Source of the DNA: Octopus vulgaris
Taxonomy: Eukaryota
NCBI GenBank assembly: GCA_951406725.2
Contig: OX597821.1
Location: 71,362,001 to 71,426,000 of the forward strand
Length of the DNA stretch: 64,000 nt
Reading direction: 5' to 3'
Below, piece by piece: positions 27,775 to 42,850 of this stretch; position 1 is the first letter of the stretch; each line of letters opens with the position of its first letter. The position numbers and the translations under genes are program-made. Below the pieces are notes generated by a model. That model ran no database searches. It worked only from the letters and a program-made list of their open reading frames with translations, and was not told where the DNA came from.

Positions 27775-29192
27775 AATCACTCGCATTATCGTATGGTTAA
27801 TACCATATAGATTTCTGGTGCATCTAAGTTAAGTACCGCATTCATGTGAATTCAACAGAACTCACTTGAATCTTAATTGCTTTTACTGTGTGTATATATA
27901 TATATATATATATATAGACACGCACACACAGAAACTTAAATATACATACATATATGCAAAAAATATAATATTCATAGAAATACAGATATAACAAATGCTA
28001 TATAACATAAATTCTTAATTTCTTAAATTAAGAGGATGTATGATAATTGCCATACGACAATGAAAACTAGATCCAACTGAGAAAGCAACCTAATTTCAAA
28101 TTCTATGATTTCTCCCAAGTTTTCATGCCGTTCAGGAAGGAGACAAGGTTATTGCTTGAAGATAAGTCGTGCTCACATGTTTCTGACTCAATAGCCATCA
28201 TCAGCACGACGATTGTCCTACCTCATCGCCTGTAACTAATGGACTTCACTCCGAAGTCTTTTAACTCATTTTAAAATAAATTATGCAGATTCCTTCGGCC
28301 ACAATTGTGTTCAACTCTTAATTTGTACAAGTCTCTTGTCTACTAGAGAGAAGGCAAAATTATATTCGTACTGACCACGCATATAGAAACAGAAATACGT
28401 TTTCACTTAACGGCAGACGTTAAAGATGTCATTTTCCACAATGACATGTCAACTTTGGAGGATCCTTAATTCTTGCGATTATTCGCCCTTATAAAGTTGA
28501 GCTTTACTTAATTGCCATTTGATTATTGTAACACATCCTTGAGAGGAATAAAATAAAGACTTTTTGATTTTGTGGTATTTGATATACCTTTGTCTCTCTA
28601 TTTTCTTCAAATACTGGCTATTAGCAGTTATTTCACTTAAGCTAATTTCTATACGATATATTCATCCATATCGCCTGTTATTTCTAGCAGGTTTATTGAC
28701 CGCATAGAAACAGTTTCACTGGCCTGTATACTCACCATTTTTATGTTTTGTTATCTTCGGAAAGTTGGCGATAAGCAGGCCGACAGTTAATACCTGTGAG
28801 AACGCTAGGTATCAATGACAGTCTATTAAAGCGCTTTTGAACCCTGCTTTTAAAGATTATAGTTGTGTTTTTATGAGATTTGAAATGGAATCCGGTCCAA
28901 TTGGCCAACAAACGTATTTGTGTGGAGCTGTAAGTACATCATTACCGTGACATCTCAAGAAAGGTCAGAGAAATCCGGTCGAATGAATACTTATGGAGGT
29001 TTAAACGTTTAATTCCTCTCTGGTTCTCACAGTCACCAATACTCATACTTATACATACACACACACATATATAAGCACACACACATTTATATATACATAC
29101 ATATATACACATTCATATATATATATATATATACACATACATCTAGTTAAATACTTGTATATAAGTACATTTATATATATACATACCTACAA

Positions 29193-29236
<44 letters not shown>

Positions 29237-29238
<2 letters not shown>

Positions 29239-29366
29239 TTTACTTGGTTCGGTCATTTGACTGCGGCCATGCTGGAGCACCGCTTTTTAGTCGAACAAAT
29301 CGACCCCAGGACTTGTTCTTTTAAAACCTAATACTTATTCTATCGCTCTCTTTTGCCGAACCGCTA
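29237..29366 (-). mobile_element. SINE family B 3' fragment
   Basis: ctgcggccatgctggagcaccgc...ttttgccgaaccgctaa. Confidence 0.85.
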
Positions 29367-29389
29367 AACATATATACTTATATAAATTA

Positions 29390-29454
<65 letters not shown>

Positions 29455-29459
<5 letters not shown>

Positions 29460-30497
29460 TTTTCCGTTTTCGTTCTGTTGATTTTTTCGTCTTCCTGTGA
29501 TGTCCTGTACGTATATATATTTATATATGCATGTATATATACTTGTAGATGTCGGTACGTACATATATGTTTGTATGTATGCATATATTTTATTTATTAC
29601 ACTATTGTCTGACAGCGCTTCGCGTCGGGTTCGTTTGAATTTTCGATTTTTCGAATTCTCACTTCGTTCCGTTCCCTCCTCTTTGTCCGTTTTTACAGTT
29701 TACTACAATGATGCGAAATTCTCTCCCTTTGCTTTACCTTCCCCCCTCTCTCTCTCTCTTGCTCTCTCTACCTCACCCTTCTCTCTAGCCTGTGTCTTCC
29801 TCTATCTGTCTCTCTCTCTCTCCTACTCCTCCTCACTTTCGTCACTGCTAAACCTTTCCGCCTGTTGCATTCAGGCCGTAAGGTCATGTTTCCTCGCGCT
29901 CGTCAGTTACCTTCTCGTCCCAGCCAGAACAAAGGCTTTCGTTCGTCTTTTTCGTTTGTTCTCTTGTTTATTTTTGATTTCTCGTATTGTAATTTAATTC
30001 TCGTTATGTATTTTCTTGTACATGTATCTTTAATTTTGTATTATTTTTTCTTGTATGTTTTTTTGTGCAGTTCTTTGTTACGTCCCTTTTTGTGTTACAT
30101 TTTTTCTTGCTCGTTTACCCCTCTACGAGTTTATTTTATTTTAATTCTCTCGTAGGAAGGCCTAGCTTGACCTTACGTGTTCTGTCTCTGCCTTCGAAAC
30201 ACGTGTCTGCTAGCGTCAGCTGATGAAGGGGATTTTTCCTTGTGCAGCATGTCTTGTACTTCGTTTTTCTGCTGCACTTAATTGTTTTTCCCGTTTTCGT
30301 TTTCGTTTCGTCTTGTTCCACGTCTCTGTCCTTCTGTTGTAACAAAATGTCTTTTCCGTTTTCGTTCTGTTGATTTTTTCGTCTTCCTGTGATGTCCTGT
30401 ACGTATATATATTTATATATGCATGTATATATACATGTAGATGTCGGTACGTACATATATGTTTGTATGTATGCATATATTTTATTTATTACACTAT
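29455..30497 (+). mobile_element. Non-coding element bounded by ~150-bp direct repeats (pseudo-LTR-like) with a permuted hammerhead motif at 30191-30230
   Basis: 29455-29605 is nearly identical to 30347-30497; T-rich body; (TA)n on both sides. Confidence 0.65.
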
Positions 30498-31731
30498 ATA
30501 TATATATATATAAACAACTTATAAATAAGGGCAAACGAAAAAATTTCTAATGCCAAATATGCCGAAATTGAAACTATTGTCCATAACCATATAATTTTTC
30601 ACAATACGCACGCTACTCGAAAAAAGGTCGAAAGAAATTTCTAAAAAATTCCATTATTACCATATCGGACCGATTCCAGGGTTAGTTCGTAAGAACCCTC
30701 CCTTCGTCAGTGATAAATGTGGTAAAGAAATAAATGAGATACTTACTCATACCCATTTTATGAAGAATATTTTTTAATACAACAGAAGTTACAAAAGAAA
30801 ACAAATGCCTGCATATACCCAACATGGTAGTGTAGAGTTTAGTTAGCAAAATAGATTGAGGGTCAAGATTAGGTTATCACCGATTTATATAAGGAAACAC
30901 AATAATTATACTGCATTTGATCCGCACAGTGATCCTCAAAATGTAACTCGTGTGTTCATTGAAGCCGAGTTTTTTATTTTTGTATTGAACCTTTGTTCAT
31001 TGAACACGTCTGAGTTAGAGCGAAATTGGACATTTATACTAACATCACAATCGTCTAAAAAGCATACTTCAGCATCAGAAAGAAGATAATCTTGTTTAAG
31101 CGTTTTTCAAGCATGAAGAGGATCAAAACGTTGATTATTTACAATTATAGTTGCCCTCAAGCCAGCATGAAAACAAAGCTAGAAAGAAAGAATGAATGAA
31201 AGAAAGAAAAAGGATGCTGATTTTATTCATCCTATTTGGAATACGCACATTTCATATAACTTCCAAGAACAGAGTATTAGATGGGTTTTCTAGCTTTATA
31301 AAGCAACAAATACTATGTAAAGTATCTTATCATAATGTCGAGTCATCCCCTGAACCGGTCGTAAGGAAAAATGCATGTCGACTGTCCTGCGCCCAATTCG
31401 AAACCCGCTTTGGTACTCAGGATATATTATGTTATGAAATAAATGCGTGTTTCAGTTTATACACACATACAAACACTCCACACATACAAACACACACAAA
31501 CAAACGCAAAATGCACAAAAATTAAAAATATATGCATAAATATATATATAAATGTAAGCAGGCTTATCTATATATGTATATACATACATTTCGACTTGAC
31601 AATACGAGTTCATTGAGGTCATATTTATCAGATATGCATAGCTCTCCCTCTCTTTCCCACTCTCTCTCTGTCAATCTCTCTCTCCCACTCTCTCATTCCA
31701 TCTCTCTCACACTCTCTCTCTCTCTCTAAAT

Positions 31732-31765
<34 letters not shown>

Positions 31766-31780
31766 ATATTTATAAATGTA

Positions 31781-31812
<32 letters not shown>

Positions 31813-32353
31813 TTATATATATATGTATATATATATATATGTATATATATATATGTATATATATATATAAATATATATATATACATATACATATATATTT
31901 ATAAATGGATTATTTTGTGTGTGGTAGGTGTACATGTGCGTCTATGTACATATGTGTGTGTGTATGAGTGTATACACAGATACATCAATGAAAGTAACGA
32001 GTCGGTGCGAAGGAGGCAAAGAAGTGCACATTTTCTGCAGGGAAAAGAGAGAAACGCTTAAAGAAATATCATATTCCAAGAAGGCTTCTATTATTTTTTC
32101 CCACAGGTCTCCATTTCACTACACTGAGATGGTGATATATAGTCTCTGCCAGATATTTCATATATTTTATTTTCTACTGGTTACGGTACAAAATACTAAA
32201 GATTTTACATATTTTTTTAGCAAGGAAAATAAATTGGAATTCACCCAACAAACTCGCTAAAATCAGGATGAATGGTTTTAGCTTTTCGGATTCGGATTTC
32301 CAATTGTTGATGGGCAAATTGCATGAAGGTGGTTTGTTTCTTGGTTGTTGTTG

Positions 32354-32354
<1 letters not shown>

Positions 32355-32405
<51 letters not shown>

Positions 32406-32437
32406 CATCATCATCATCATTATTATTATTATTATTA

Positions 32438-32500
<63 letters not shown>

Positions 32501-32578
32501 GTTTGACTTTTGCTTTAAATATGCACAAGCTGGCTCCAAGTCTCACCCAGAGACCTAGAGAGACAAGTTAGAAGTTCG

Positions 32579-32630
<52 letters not shown>

Positions 32631-32637
32631 GTTATTG

Positions 32638-32676
<39 letters not shown>

Positions 32677-32720
32677 GTTTATTATTATTATTATTATTAT
32701 TATTATTGTTATTGTTATTG

Positions 32721-32780
<60 letters not shown>

Positions 32781-32781
32781 T
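32355..32781. repeat. (TTA)n/(TCA)n array containing an R4/Dong-type 3' tail (32499-32580, -)
   Basis: The insert matches 42851-42940. Confidence 0.85.
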
Positions 32782-32914
32782 TATAGATTATATTTAAGAA
32801 ATATATTTCTCTACATTTCTTTCTTGCCACCTCTATGAATATTACAGTATATGGCTCGGGTATTATTATAATTTTGCTTGTCTTTCATTTTTTTACCACA
32901 CACACACATAAATA

Positions 32915-34189
32915 CAGGGTGCGGACAATATTTGAGGACGCATGCACTTTTAGTCATTATTTGACTAATCTTTATTGAACTTCTCCATCAGAAAATTACA
33001 TTGAGCGGTCCTATGCTTGCGAATGAAATTGAAAGGCATGCTGTAATTGTGGCTTTGAAGGGTAAGCATAGTGATTTAGAAATGTCTCGTTTTCTGAAAG
33101 TTGCAAGATCTTTGATTTGTAAGATTCGATGTGAGTTAGAGAAAGATGGAAGCGTGTTACCTGTATCAAAATGTAAAAAAAAAACATTCCAAACGATCTT
33201 ATTTCTTCAGGACACCTGAATTTATTCAGAAAGTAAAGCAAAATAGTGAAGACAACCCAAGAAAATCAATGAGGTCAATTGCAAACAAATTTCGTGTGTC
33301 AGAAAAAAACAGTCAGAAACGTTGTGTGTGAAGACATCAGATACAAATCCTACGTGATGAGGAGAGATCAGATCAATTCATGCCAGAAAAGAAAGAAAAA
33401 AAATCAAACGAAAACCATTTAATCAGATCCAAAAGACTTTTGAACAAATTTAAAAAATCATCAGAAGATGGTGTGGTTTGGTTTTTCTCAGATGAGAAAA
33501 ACTTTGATCAAAACCAGAAAACTAACAGAAGAAATGACAGATGGTTATGTGCAGACCCTTCTGAGGTTCCAAGAGTAATTCACACAAAATTTACTGCAAG
33601 TATCATGATTTTGGGCGTTTTTAGTAATGAATGACAATTGATGCCTCATCACTTTTATGCACACGTCCTTAAGATGAATACTGCTGCGTATATTGAGGTT
33701 CTGAATAAAGTTGTTAAGGCTTGGATCAACAATATATGCAATGGAAGGCCTTGTGTCAACAAGATTCTGCACCATCACACAAGACTCAAATGCCACAAGA
33801 ATGGATGGCAGACAATTTGCAGGATCACACCACCCCCAACATTTGGTCCTCTAATTTCTCTAGATTTCAATCCACTCGACTACTATGTACGGGGCATCGT
33901 TGAGAAAAATGTCAATGAACATCCCCCATAGCACCAAAGATTTTTGAAAGCCGCCATAGCTCGCGTCATGTCTGATAGGAACAAAGACCACTTACTCCGA
34001 GATTATAAATGATTTCAACCCCACCTAGGGGCAGTTATACATGCTTATGGGGATTTTATTGAATGAAATTATTTAATTGATTATATATTTTATGTTTATG
34101 TTATTTATATTAAAATACAGTTTCTTTCTGTTATTATATAAGCGTTTTTTTAAACCTTAAATCTGTCCTCAAATACCGTCCGCACACTC
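32915..34189 (+). mobile_element. maT-like (DD37D) Tc1/mariner transposon, decayed
   Basis: TIR CAGGGTGCGGACAATATTTGAGGAC; FFSDEKNF, QQDSAPSH, NPLDYY. Confidence 0.88.
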
Positions 34190-34199
34190 TCTCTCTCTC

Positions 34200-34230
<31 letters not shown>

Positions 34231-34406
34231 GTGTATACTCAAGCATATCCACACGCATACGCGACTGTTTGTGCTTGTTCGCGCACACTCGCACATGCTT
34301 GCATATAGTCACAAGGATTCTATTTTATTCCCATCCATGTTCCATGTAATCTTCAGAAAGATGACTGATGAATTTTCGAAGCAAGTCCCAAAAACAAAAT
34401 GTCACA

Positions 34407-34484
<78 letters not shown>

Positions 34485-35228
34485 TTCAGTATGTCTAGGT
34501 CAACATGTTAGTAAAACGGTAGTGGCCTTTTGTAGTGTTGTAGGTCACGTAACAAAGTGATTAGCTATTTAATAGAAAAGTACGTCGAGCTGTGATCTTA
34601 AGTAAGTCAACTTTGTAGAACAACACTTGAATGGTTTCATGCTAATACGAAATTCTACTGCTCTGGGTTTCACTGAAATCTTTCGAAGCTGACATGACAA
34701 TGAGAACAGCCGAGTGACTAAAGAGGAGTAAAACGTTTTATCGAATCATTTTCGTTACATGCTTACTATTGTTTGATGTGCTGTTGTTGCTCATGAGATG
34801 GTGAAAGGCTTCAATTATCAACGACTTTACGCGTTTTATTCTCGTTGTGCATGTTTCAAAAAATAGGTTGAGTTAATGTGACATTCACGGCATAGTTAGA
34901 AACGCTGAAAGCTATTAATGCCTGTTGCCATTTGGATGACGCGGTCAGTTGGTAGAATCGTAGAACCGTGGGAGTCTTAAACCAAAAATCGACAACTATG
35001 TTGTTTTAATTACTCTTGCTTCGAGACCAAGCTCCACCCAAGTCAACTTTTTGTTTTTGTTTTCTTCCAGAGACCGGGTCGATAACAATATATCACCAAT
35101 AAAGTTAATCGACATAATCAACGGTTTTCTGCTTTATTATCTGATTTTAATTAACGTACGAAATTGTTATTAATACGAGTACATCACTTATGGAACGATT
35201 TCTATATCAAGTAAACTCTGTGTGTGTG

Positions 35229-35722
35229 TGTGTGGTGCTAATGTATGTGTGTGTGGTGCTAATGTATATGTGTGTGTGTTGTGTTAATGTATATGTGTGT
35301 GTGTGGTGGTAATGTATATGTGTGAGTGTGTAGTTTTAATGTATATGTGTCTGTGGTGCTAATGTATGTGTTGTGTGTGGTGCTAATGTATGTGTGTTTG
35401 TGTATACGGTGCTAATACATATATGTGTGTGTGGTGCTAATGTATGTGTGTATGCGTGGTGCTAATACACATGTGTGTGTGGTGTTAATGTTTATGTGTG
35501 TATAATGCTAATGTATATGTGTGCGTGTGGTGCTAATGTATATGTATGTGTGGTGCTAATGTATGTGTGTTTTGTGAGTGGTGCTAATACATTTGTGTGG
35601 GTGTGTATGTAAGGTGCTAATGTATGTTTGTGTGGGCGGTGCTAATGTATATATATATATGTGTGTGTGATGCTAATGTGTATATATATATGTGTGTGTG
35701 TGTGTGTGGTTCTAATGTGTAT
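35229..35722. repeat. Minisatellite: GTGGTGCTAATGTAT core plus variable (GT)n spacer, about 20 units
   Basis: Visible directly. Confidence 0.9.
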
Positions 35723-36305
35723 GTGTGTGTGTGTGTGCGTATTTGTTTAATTCTGGCTGTTGACTGACTGAAGAAAGATTACTCGATGCCATGGTAGGGA
35801 TTAGTAATATTTTTTTTATTCTGGTTGAAACAGTTTCTTGCTGCTCTGAGTTTCACCCAGATGTGCACAGGGTATTCCGTCAAGTTGCAACTGAAGAATG
35901 AAGGAAGTTACACACACACACATGCATGCACATAGAATTCCTGTCTTATGAAGAAATAGTAGAGAGGAGATGAGATTTTACCGGGAAAAGAGTGGAAAAA
36001 GAAAAGAAAAAGAAAAACGAAAAAGTAAAGGTAAGGAAGAAAAGAGAGGAAAGGTAGAAGAGGAAGAAGGGTGAAACTTGATCGTGGGAGCAGAAGGTGG
36101 GTGGGGAGGTGCTAAAAGGGTGTTGAGAAGATTTAATGAAAAAAATTAGAAGTGATCGGAACTGAATGGGAAAGAGATTCGAATGGCTTGGAACAGTAGT
36201 GTCCATAATATTTTCAAGAACTCCAAGACTCTGCTCAAAATAGTTGACAGATTAATCCTTTATGCAACACAACTGTTAGTTTCCATGGTAACGGTCATTG
36301 CGTCT

Positions 36306-36611
36306 GACTGGCACTCCGTCGGTTACGACGATGTGTGTTCCAGTTGATCCGATCAACCGAACAACCAGCTTGTGAAATTAACATGCAAATGGTTGAGCAT
36401 TCCACAGACACTCGTGCCCTTAACGTAGTTCTCATGGAAACTCAGCATAAGACAGAACGTGACAAGGCTGGCCCCTTTGAATTACTGGTAAAACTCACTT
36501 GTGCCACCTGAGTGGACAGGAGCAACGTGAAATAAAGGATACAAAACGCCGCCTCGTATCGAACTCAGGACCTTATGATCGTAAGCCGAACACCCTAACC
36601 ACTAAGCCACA
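36306..36611 (-). mobile_element. tRNA-derived SINE family C
   Basis: Minus-strand head gtggcttagtggttaggg (A box) ... gagttcgatac (B box), followed by a ~250-nt body. Confidence 0.75.
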
Positions 36612-37236
36612 CATGGTTTGCTGCTGGACTTTGGCTGTGAGACGCAGCAGAAATGTCGTAATGAGAGAAAAGTTGAATCATGCGATGCTTGTAGGTATGT
36701 CTACATAATTTGCACGTGTATGAATATGTGCTCATGGGTAGATGTGTGCTTCCGCTTGTAGAGTGCATGCTCCATAAACCGAGAAGTCAGACATTTTTAT
36801 CCTGTTGCTAGAGGGGAAAATAGGAGGCAGAGACGTAGCGAGACTGTTAACACCCTAAGTGTGCCTACATATATGTAAATAGGTAAAAGAATATTGGGGT
36901 ACTGTCTCATTTCTGTGAAATTTGGAGACCTTCCAGAAAAATATAACAGAGGAACTTGTAGCCAATGACATACAAGAATAAAGTACCTCTTTTAAATAAA
37001 TTGCAGCTCTTTGGTAAAAATAATAAAGAACTGCTTTAAAATAAAAAAAAAACATGCTTACTGATGTTTCAGAAATGCCGAATTGCAAAACTAGAATCTG
37101 GTTATCTTGTTCTTCCACACGACTTCCAGACACACTCAATATGCATCCATTCAGTTGGCCTCTGCATGCGCGCTTGAGCATAACATCAAGCATATCACAT
37201 AACTACCAAAATCATTTCTATTTACACACACACATA

Positions 37237-37296
<60 letters not shown>

Positions 37297-37554
37297 GTGT
37301 GTGTGTGCGTTAATGCATACTTACGTGTATGTATGTGTGTTTATATATACCCAGACATATACATTCGCACAGGGTTGTCTTTGGAAAGTGTATTTGCTCG
37401 ACTGCTCGTAAAAATATAGATGCATTTGTTTCGCTTAATCCGAGATTTGTTCTAATGTATATACTTAAAGCCATATACACTATTAAGAATTTAGTGTATG
37501 TATACACACACACATACACAAACATATATGTATGTATGTGTGTGTACATATATA

Positions 37555-37590
<36 letters not shown>

Positions 37591-38141
37591 TGTATGTATG
37601 TATGTATGTATGTATGTATGTATGTATGTATGTATGTATATACAAGTGCATACACACGCACGCACATTGGCACCATCCTGTGACAAGCTGCATGGTCATA
37701 ATCCGTTTTCGTTAAACTAGTTCCACTTACATATTCTTGTACCTTGAGGTGAATCCCTTCAATTTCTCAGGTGAAATTGCTACGACAGGGATTTCTTCCG
37801 CTTCTCCGCCTCTCCAGGCACTGACATTATGTGACCCAGTTAGAACTGGATGATAATCGATACACCAGCTCTGTGATTGAGCGCTCAGTAATCAAAACAT
37901 AAAGATGTGTTTGTCGAGGCAGCTTCAACAGTTTAAGGATGAAGTCGTGAACGATTCTGGTAGGTAACCTTTTACTTTGTTTACCGAGCAGATGCTCGGG
38001 GGTGGCATGGAATTAAACAGCAACAATTAGCCAACATTTCTATATCAAACACATCGAAGTGAGTCGTTTCTTTCTTTTTCTTTTTTCCTTTTTTTCTGTC
38101 TCAAAGAATCTTGGCAAACCACCAAGGGAGGTCTCAAAGTG

Positions 38142-38307
38142 CAGCAGCATCGCTAGAAATGTGGGGAAATGGTCTACCCGATCGACGCTTTTAAATTGGT
38201 CGGCACCTTTGGGTCTGATGTATAAGCTTGTACAAACTGGGATTCGGGGGATGATACGGTGAACTCAAGGGCTGCCTCGAGCGGCATACCCTCCAGCTAC
38301 GCCACTG
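38142..38307. mobile_element. hAT-like MITE, old
   Basis: Decayed TIRs cagcagcatcgctag / ccagctacgccactg; imperfect 8-bp flanks tcaaagtg / tccaagag. Confidence 0.5.
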
Positions 38308-40535
38308 TCCAAGAGTACACACTCAAATCTATTCATATCTTTAAAATATCGGTCAACTTTCCACGGTAGAACAACATATATATTCCCGTGTTGGATACCA
38401 TGTTAGCTCACCTCTCCATCACAGCTATATGATAGCATCGTGGCTACGACGCACCTTTTAGACGTGTGTAACCAAACAACTTTCATATATCAATGTCTTG
38501 GAGCATAAATCAGAAGACACAATGTTGATGCTTCTTTGTAGTGAAGAACCATTTCTGCAGCCATCATATAATCTGTTTTAACTTTTCTACAAGTTTCTTT
38601 TAAACTCTCTACTAATTTCTGTATATGTTTCACTTAATCAGGTAGTTATTTTTGGTTAATCTTCCTGTTGTGTACAAGAACCGATTCACTCTTCACCTTG
38701 GGAAGCAGCGTCATGTCTTCAGGTGTTTGTTAATTTACCCAGTCACAGACATCCCTCCAAATGCCGTCGAGACATTTTCCAATTTCACGCTTTTGCTTTT
38801 ACAAGCTAAACTATGTAATTGTTTTATTCTCTGCCAGTTTCCATTTTCGACAACGCGACCATGCTCTCTCTCCCTCTCTCTCTCTCTCTCCTTATATATT
38901 TACGTTGCTTTCTTTTTTTTTTTACATTTCATTGTTACTCGGCAGGATATAATTAAACTGTTTTCATTATGTTTACTCAACTTAATTACATCTAATTAAC
39001 GTCATTACTGCTATTTATGACTTTAGGCTCTCCACTGGTGCTGGTTATCTTGTTGCTGTTGTCTCAGCCACTTCTGCTGCAAATGGTGCTACTGCTGACC
39101 CTGTTGTCACTGTGACTTCCGCTGTTGCTTCTACTTCCGCAACCATCGCCTCTTCCGCTAATCCAAGTGCATTTGCACATGTCATGCAGTTTCACTAAGC
39201 ATTCATCAAAGCCACTAACCCCGTCAATGTCACACAACATATTCCAGGAATCCCACGAACCGACAAGCACAAACTCTCTGAAGCTGGGGCTTTTGTTGTC
39301 CAGCATTTTATTCTTGATGTTGTATTGTTGTTGCTTAGCTTTAATCAATCCAGATCGAGAAGACTTATGGTCAAAGGCGTTCTAGGCGTGAGCAACCTGT
39401 CAGTACCTGATTTAGATATAAAATAGACAAGTCACAGCTTACAACCCCGTACACTTTTAGCAAGGAGCCTCCAATCATGACATAACATAGGACTCTCCCA
39501 AGATTACGACACACCATCCCGTCTTTTAGTGCGTCTCTGCCACTTTATTTTCCAATGTATGTCCTTCTAGTTTTAAGGTGGCGTTGGTGGTAGTAGCGAT
39601 GGTAGTAATGTTGGTAGAGGTGGTGATGGTGGTGGTGTTGGGGGAGGGTGCCAGTGATAGTGGTCTTGGTGTTGGTAGTAGTGGTGATGTTGGTGCAAGT
39701 GGTATAATCGTCTTTTCTGTTCTTTTCTTTCCCATAAGTTTTGTTATTTTAATTTCTTCTGCAATTAATATGGTTGAAGTTAGCGATGCAGTCGGCACCC
39801 CTGATGTTGCTGCTGTTGTTTTTGTTTCTAATTTTGTTTGCTTTTCTTACATTTGTCCTGACTGTTATTGTTACCATTCTTATAAAACCGATGATGTAGA
39901 CTTATCCTTCATAATTTCATTTATCCGAACCAATGCGGTCTAGGGTTTTCCTCAATATATACAACTCTTTCCTCCCTATCAGTCGATAATGTCTTTCAGA
40001 AGCTCTTAACTGATTCAAATTTAATGAAGAATTCATTAAAATTTTGGGATTTGCAGCGTTTGCTGTGTTGTTGTTGCGGAAGGCTGTCCCTTGGTAGAGC
40101 AACCAGTTTAGTACGTAGGAAATAAAACGGTTAAAGGTTGAGATGTGATGCATAGATTCAAAGCACAAGATATACAAGATACACCATGCCATTATCTGGT
40201 TTAGTGCCACACTTCCCACCCTTACATTTGTTTCGTCTTGGCAATATTCCTTGTTCCGTGCCCTGATGGTAAAATAAAGAAAACATTGATATTAATAGTA
40301 ATTAAAAAAGTATTATGTTATGAAAGTAGCTGTTCTTTAATCTCTGATCGGCCTTGATGGATGAAATCTATGGTCAAGACCATCCCAGCTATGGACACTC
40401 TGTTTTCAGGACTCATGCACCGAATGCTACGTTGATCAATATATTAAAGTTACCCTTTTAAAACAGCACAATAAAGTTTAAAACAAATTTTGCCGCTGTT
40501 TATAGAAAGTTGATAACCACGTTGAAGCTCTGTTC

Positions 40536-40601
<66 letters not shown>

Positions 40602-40627
40602 GTAACAACAACAACAATAACAACAAC

Positions 40628-40692
<65 letters not shown>

Positions 40693-40811
40693 CGTGAATG
40701 TGCGTGTGTAATTTGGGAATGCATACAATGAGCGTCTCTGCCCTAGGTGTACGGAAAACACTCGGCGAGAAACGGAGGAAAATTTGAAGAAAGAAGGAAA
40801 ATAATAATAAC

Positions 40812-40904
<93 letters not shown>

Positions 40905-40935
40905 GATGATGATGATGATGATGATAATGATGATG

Positions 40936-40993
<58 letters not shown>

Positions 40994-40994
40994 C

Positions 40995-41290
40995 ACCAGG
41001 TAGCGAAGATGCCGCACTGTATCCAAAATCGTGAGATTGTTGATTGAAGATATCGTGTGTACCGGGCGTTTGGATTGTCTGTCAAGTCACAACAAGGAGC
41101 CCAGACAGACAGTACTTTACGCAGTATGCGTGCACTTCTAAATAATGCCAGTTTTTGCAATACTATAAGATTGTAGGCTATTTCTAAAGTTTCCAGAATT
41201 TTCTTCAGGCTGGGTGCTATTGAATCCAATGTTCCGATGACAACAGGAACGACCTTTATTTTGACTCTCGCAGCTGCCACAACTTGGAGA
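40995..41290 (-). mobile_element. R4/Dong-type LINE 3' end (restriction-like endonuclease C-terminus)
   Basis: KVVPVVIGTLD...LQKLALFRSARILRKVL. Confidence 0.8.
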
Positions 41291-41439
41291 TCTCAATTCT
41301 CAGTTATTATCATCAGGCATCTTATCTTGAGGTTTGGCGACAAAATGTCTCCTCAAATCTCAAGAATCTTCCTTAGGATTCTTGCAGAATATAGAATGGT
41401 ATTTTTCTGCAGGTTGACAATGTGAGTTTCACTTCGAAT

Positions 41440-41605
41440 CTCCTTCAGTCTTTTAAAGTAGCATTCTGTGCACTGTGCCAAGAGCACCAAACACAACAGC
41501 AATAATTCTTGTCTTCCACAGTAGACTCAACTCTCTGCTTAGATCCTCGTATTTCTCAGTTTTTTTTTTTTCAATTTCTTTGGTATCGACACTGCTATCA
41601 TAGGA
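41440..41605 (-). mobile_element. R4/Dong-type endonuclease fragment
   Basis: EKYEDLSRELSLLWKTRIIAVVFGALGTV. Confidence 0.65.
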
Positions 41606-41663
41606 AATTGCAGATATTATCATTATTATCCAGTAGTTTTATTTTTATAGCGTGCTTTCACTT

Positions 41664-42463
<800 letters not shown>

Positions 42464-42464
42464 T

Positions 42465-42682
42465 TCCTTTTATTATTATAGAAACAAAGCTCAGATTTGG
42501 TCTTATTCCTGGTAGGATTAATGTGGTAGCGGGTTATTAACTGTACCCTTAGTATCCACATGTTTTCGGCAGACCTTCAAGTGCTTAAAACCCTCCTGAT
42601 AATCCTTGCTATCTCTAAGAGGCAAACGTTCTGTAGGAGTTCTAGTGGGCATTCTATTTCTGTCTCCTTCAGCCATTTGTCT
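42465..42682 (-). mobile_element. R4/Dong-type LINE 3' end
   Basis: DKWLKETEIECPLELLQNVCLLEIARIIRRVLST* followed by a (TAA)n tail. Confidence 0.75.
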
Positions 42683-42739
42683 ATATCATCATCATCATTA
42701 TCATCATCATTATTATTATTATCATCATCATCATCATCA

Positions 42740-42850
<111 letters not shown>

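Noticed and set aside
35229-35722. CRISPR-like repeat-spacer look
   Set aside because: Eukaryotic context, low-complexity spacers, no cas genes.
36560-36611. tRNA gene
   Set aside because: A and B boxes belong to a SINE head; no complete cloverleaf.
37731-37871. Possible minus-strand exon SWCIDYHPVLTGSHNVSAWRGGEAEE...
   Set aside because: Good donor but weak acceptor and no recognisable homology; unsupported.
39026-39800. Ala/Thr/Ser/Val-rich frames resembling a mucin or membrane protein exon
   Set aside because: Explained by decayed GCT/GGT trinucleotide repeats; short frames and no convincing splice pair.
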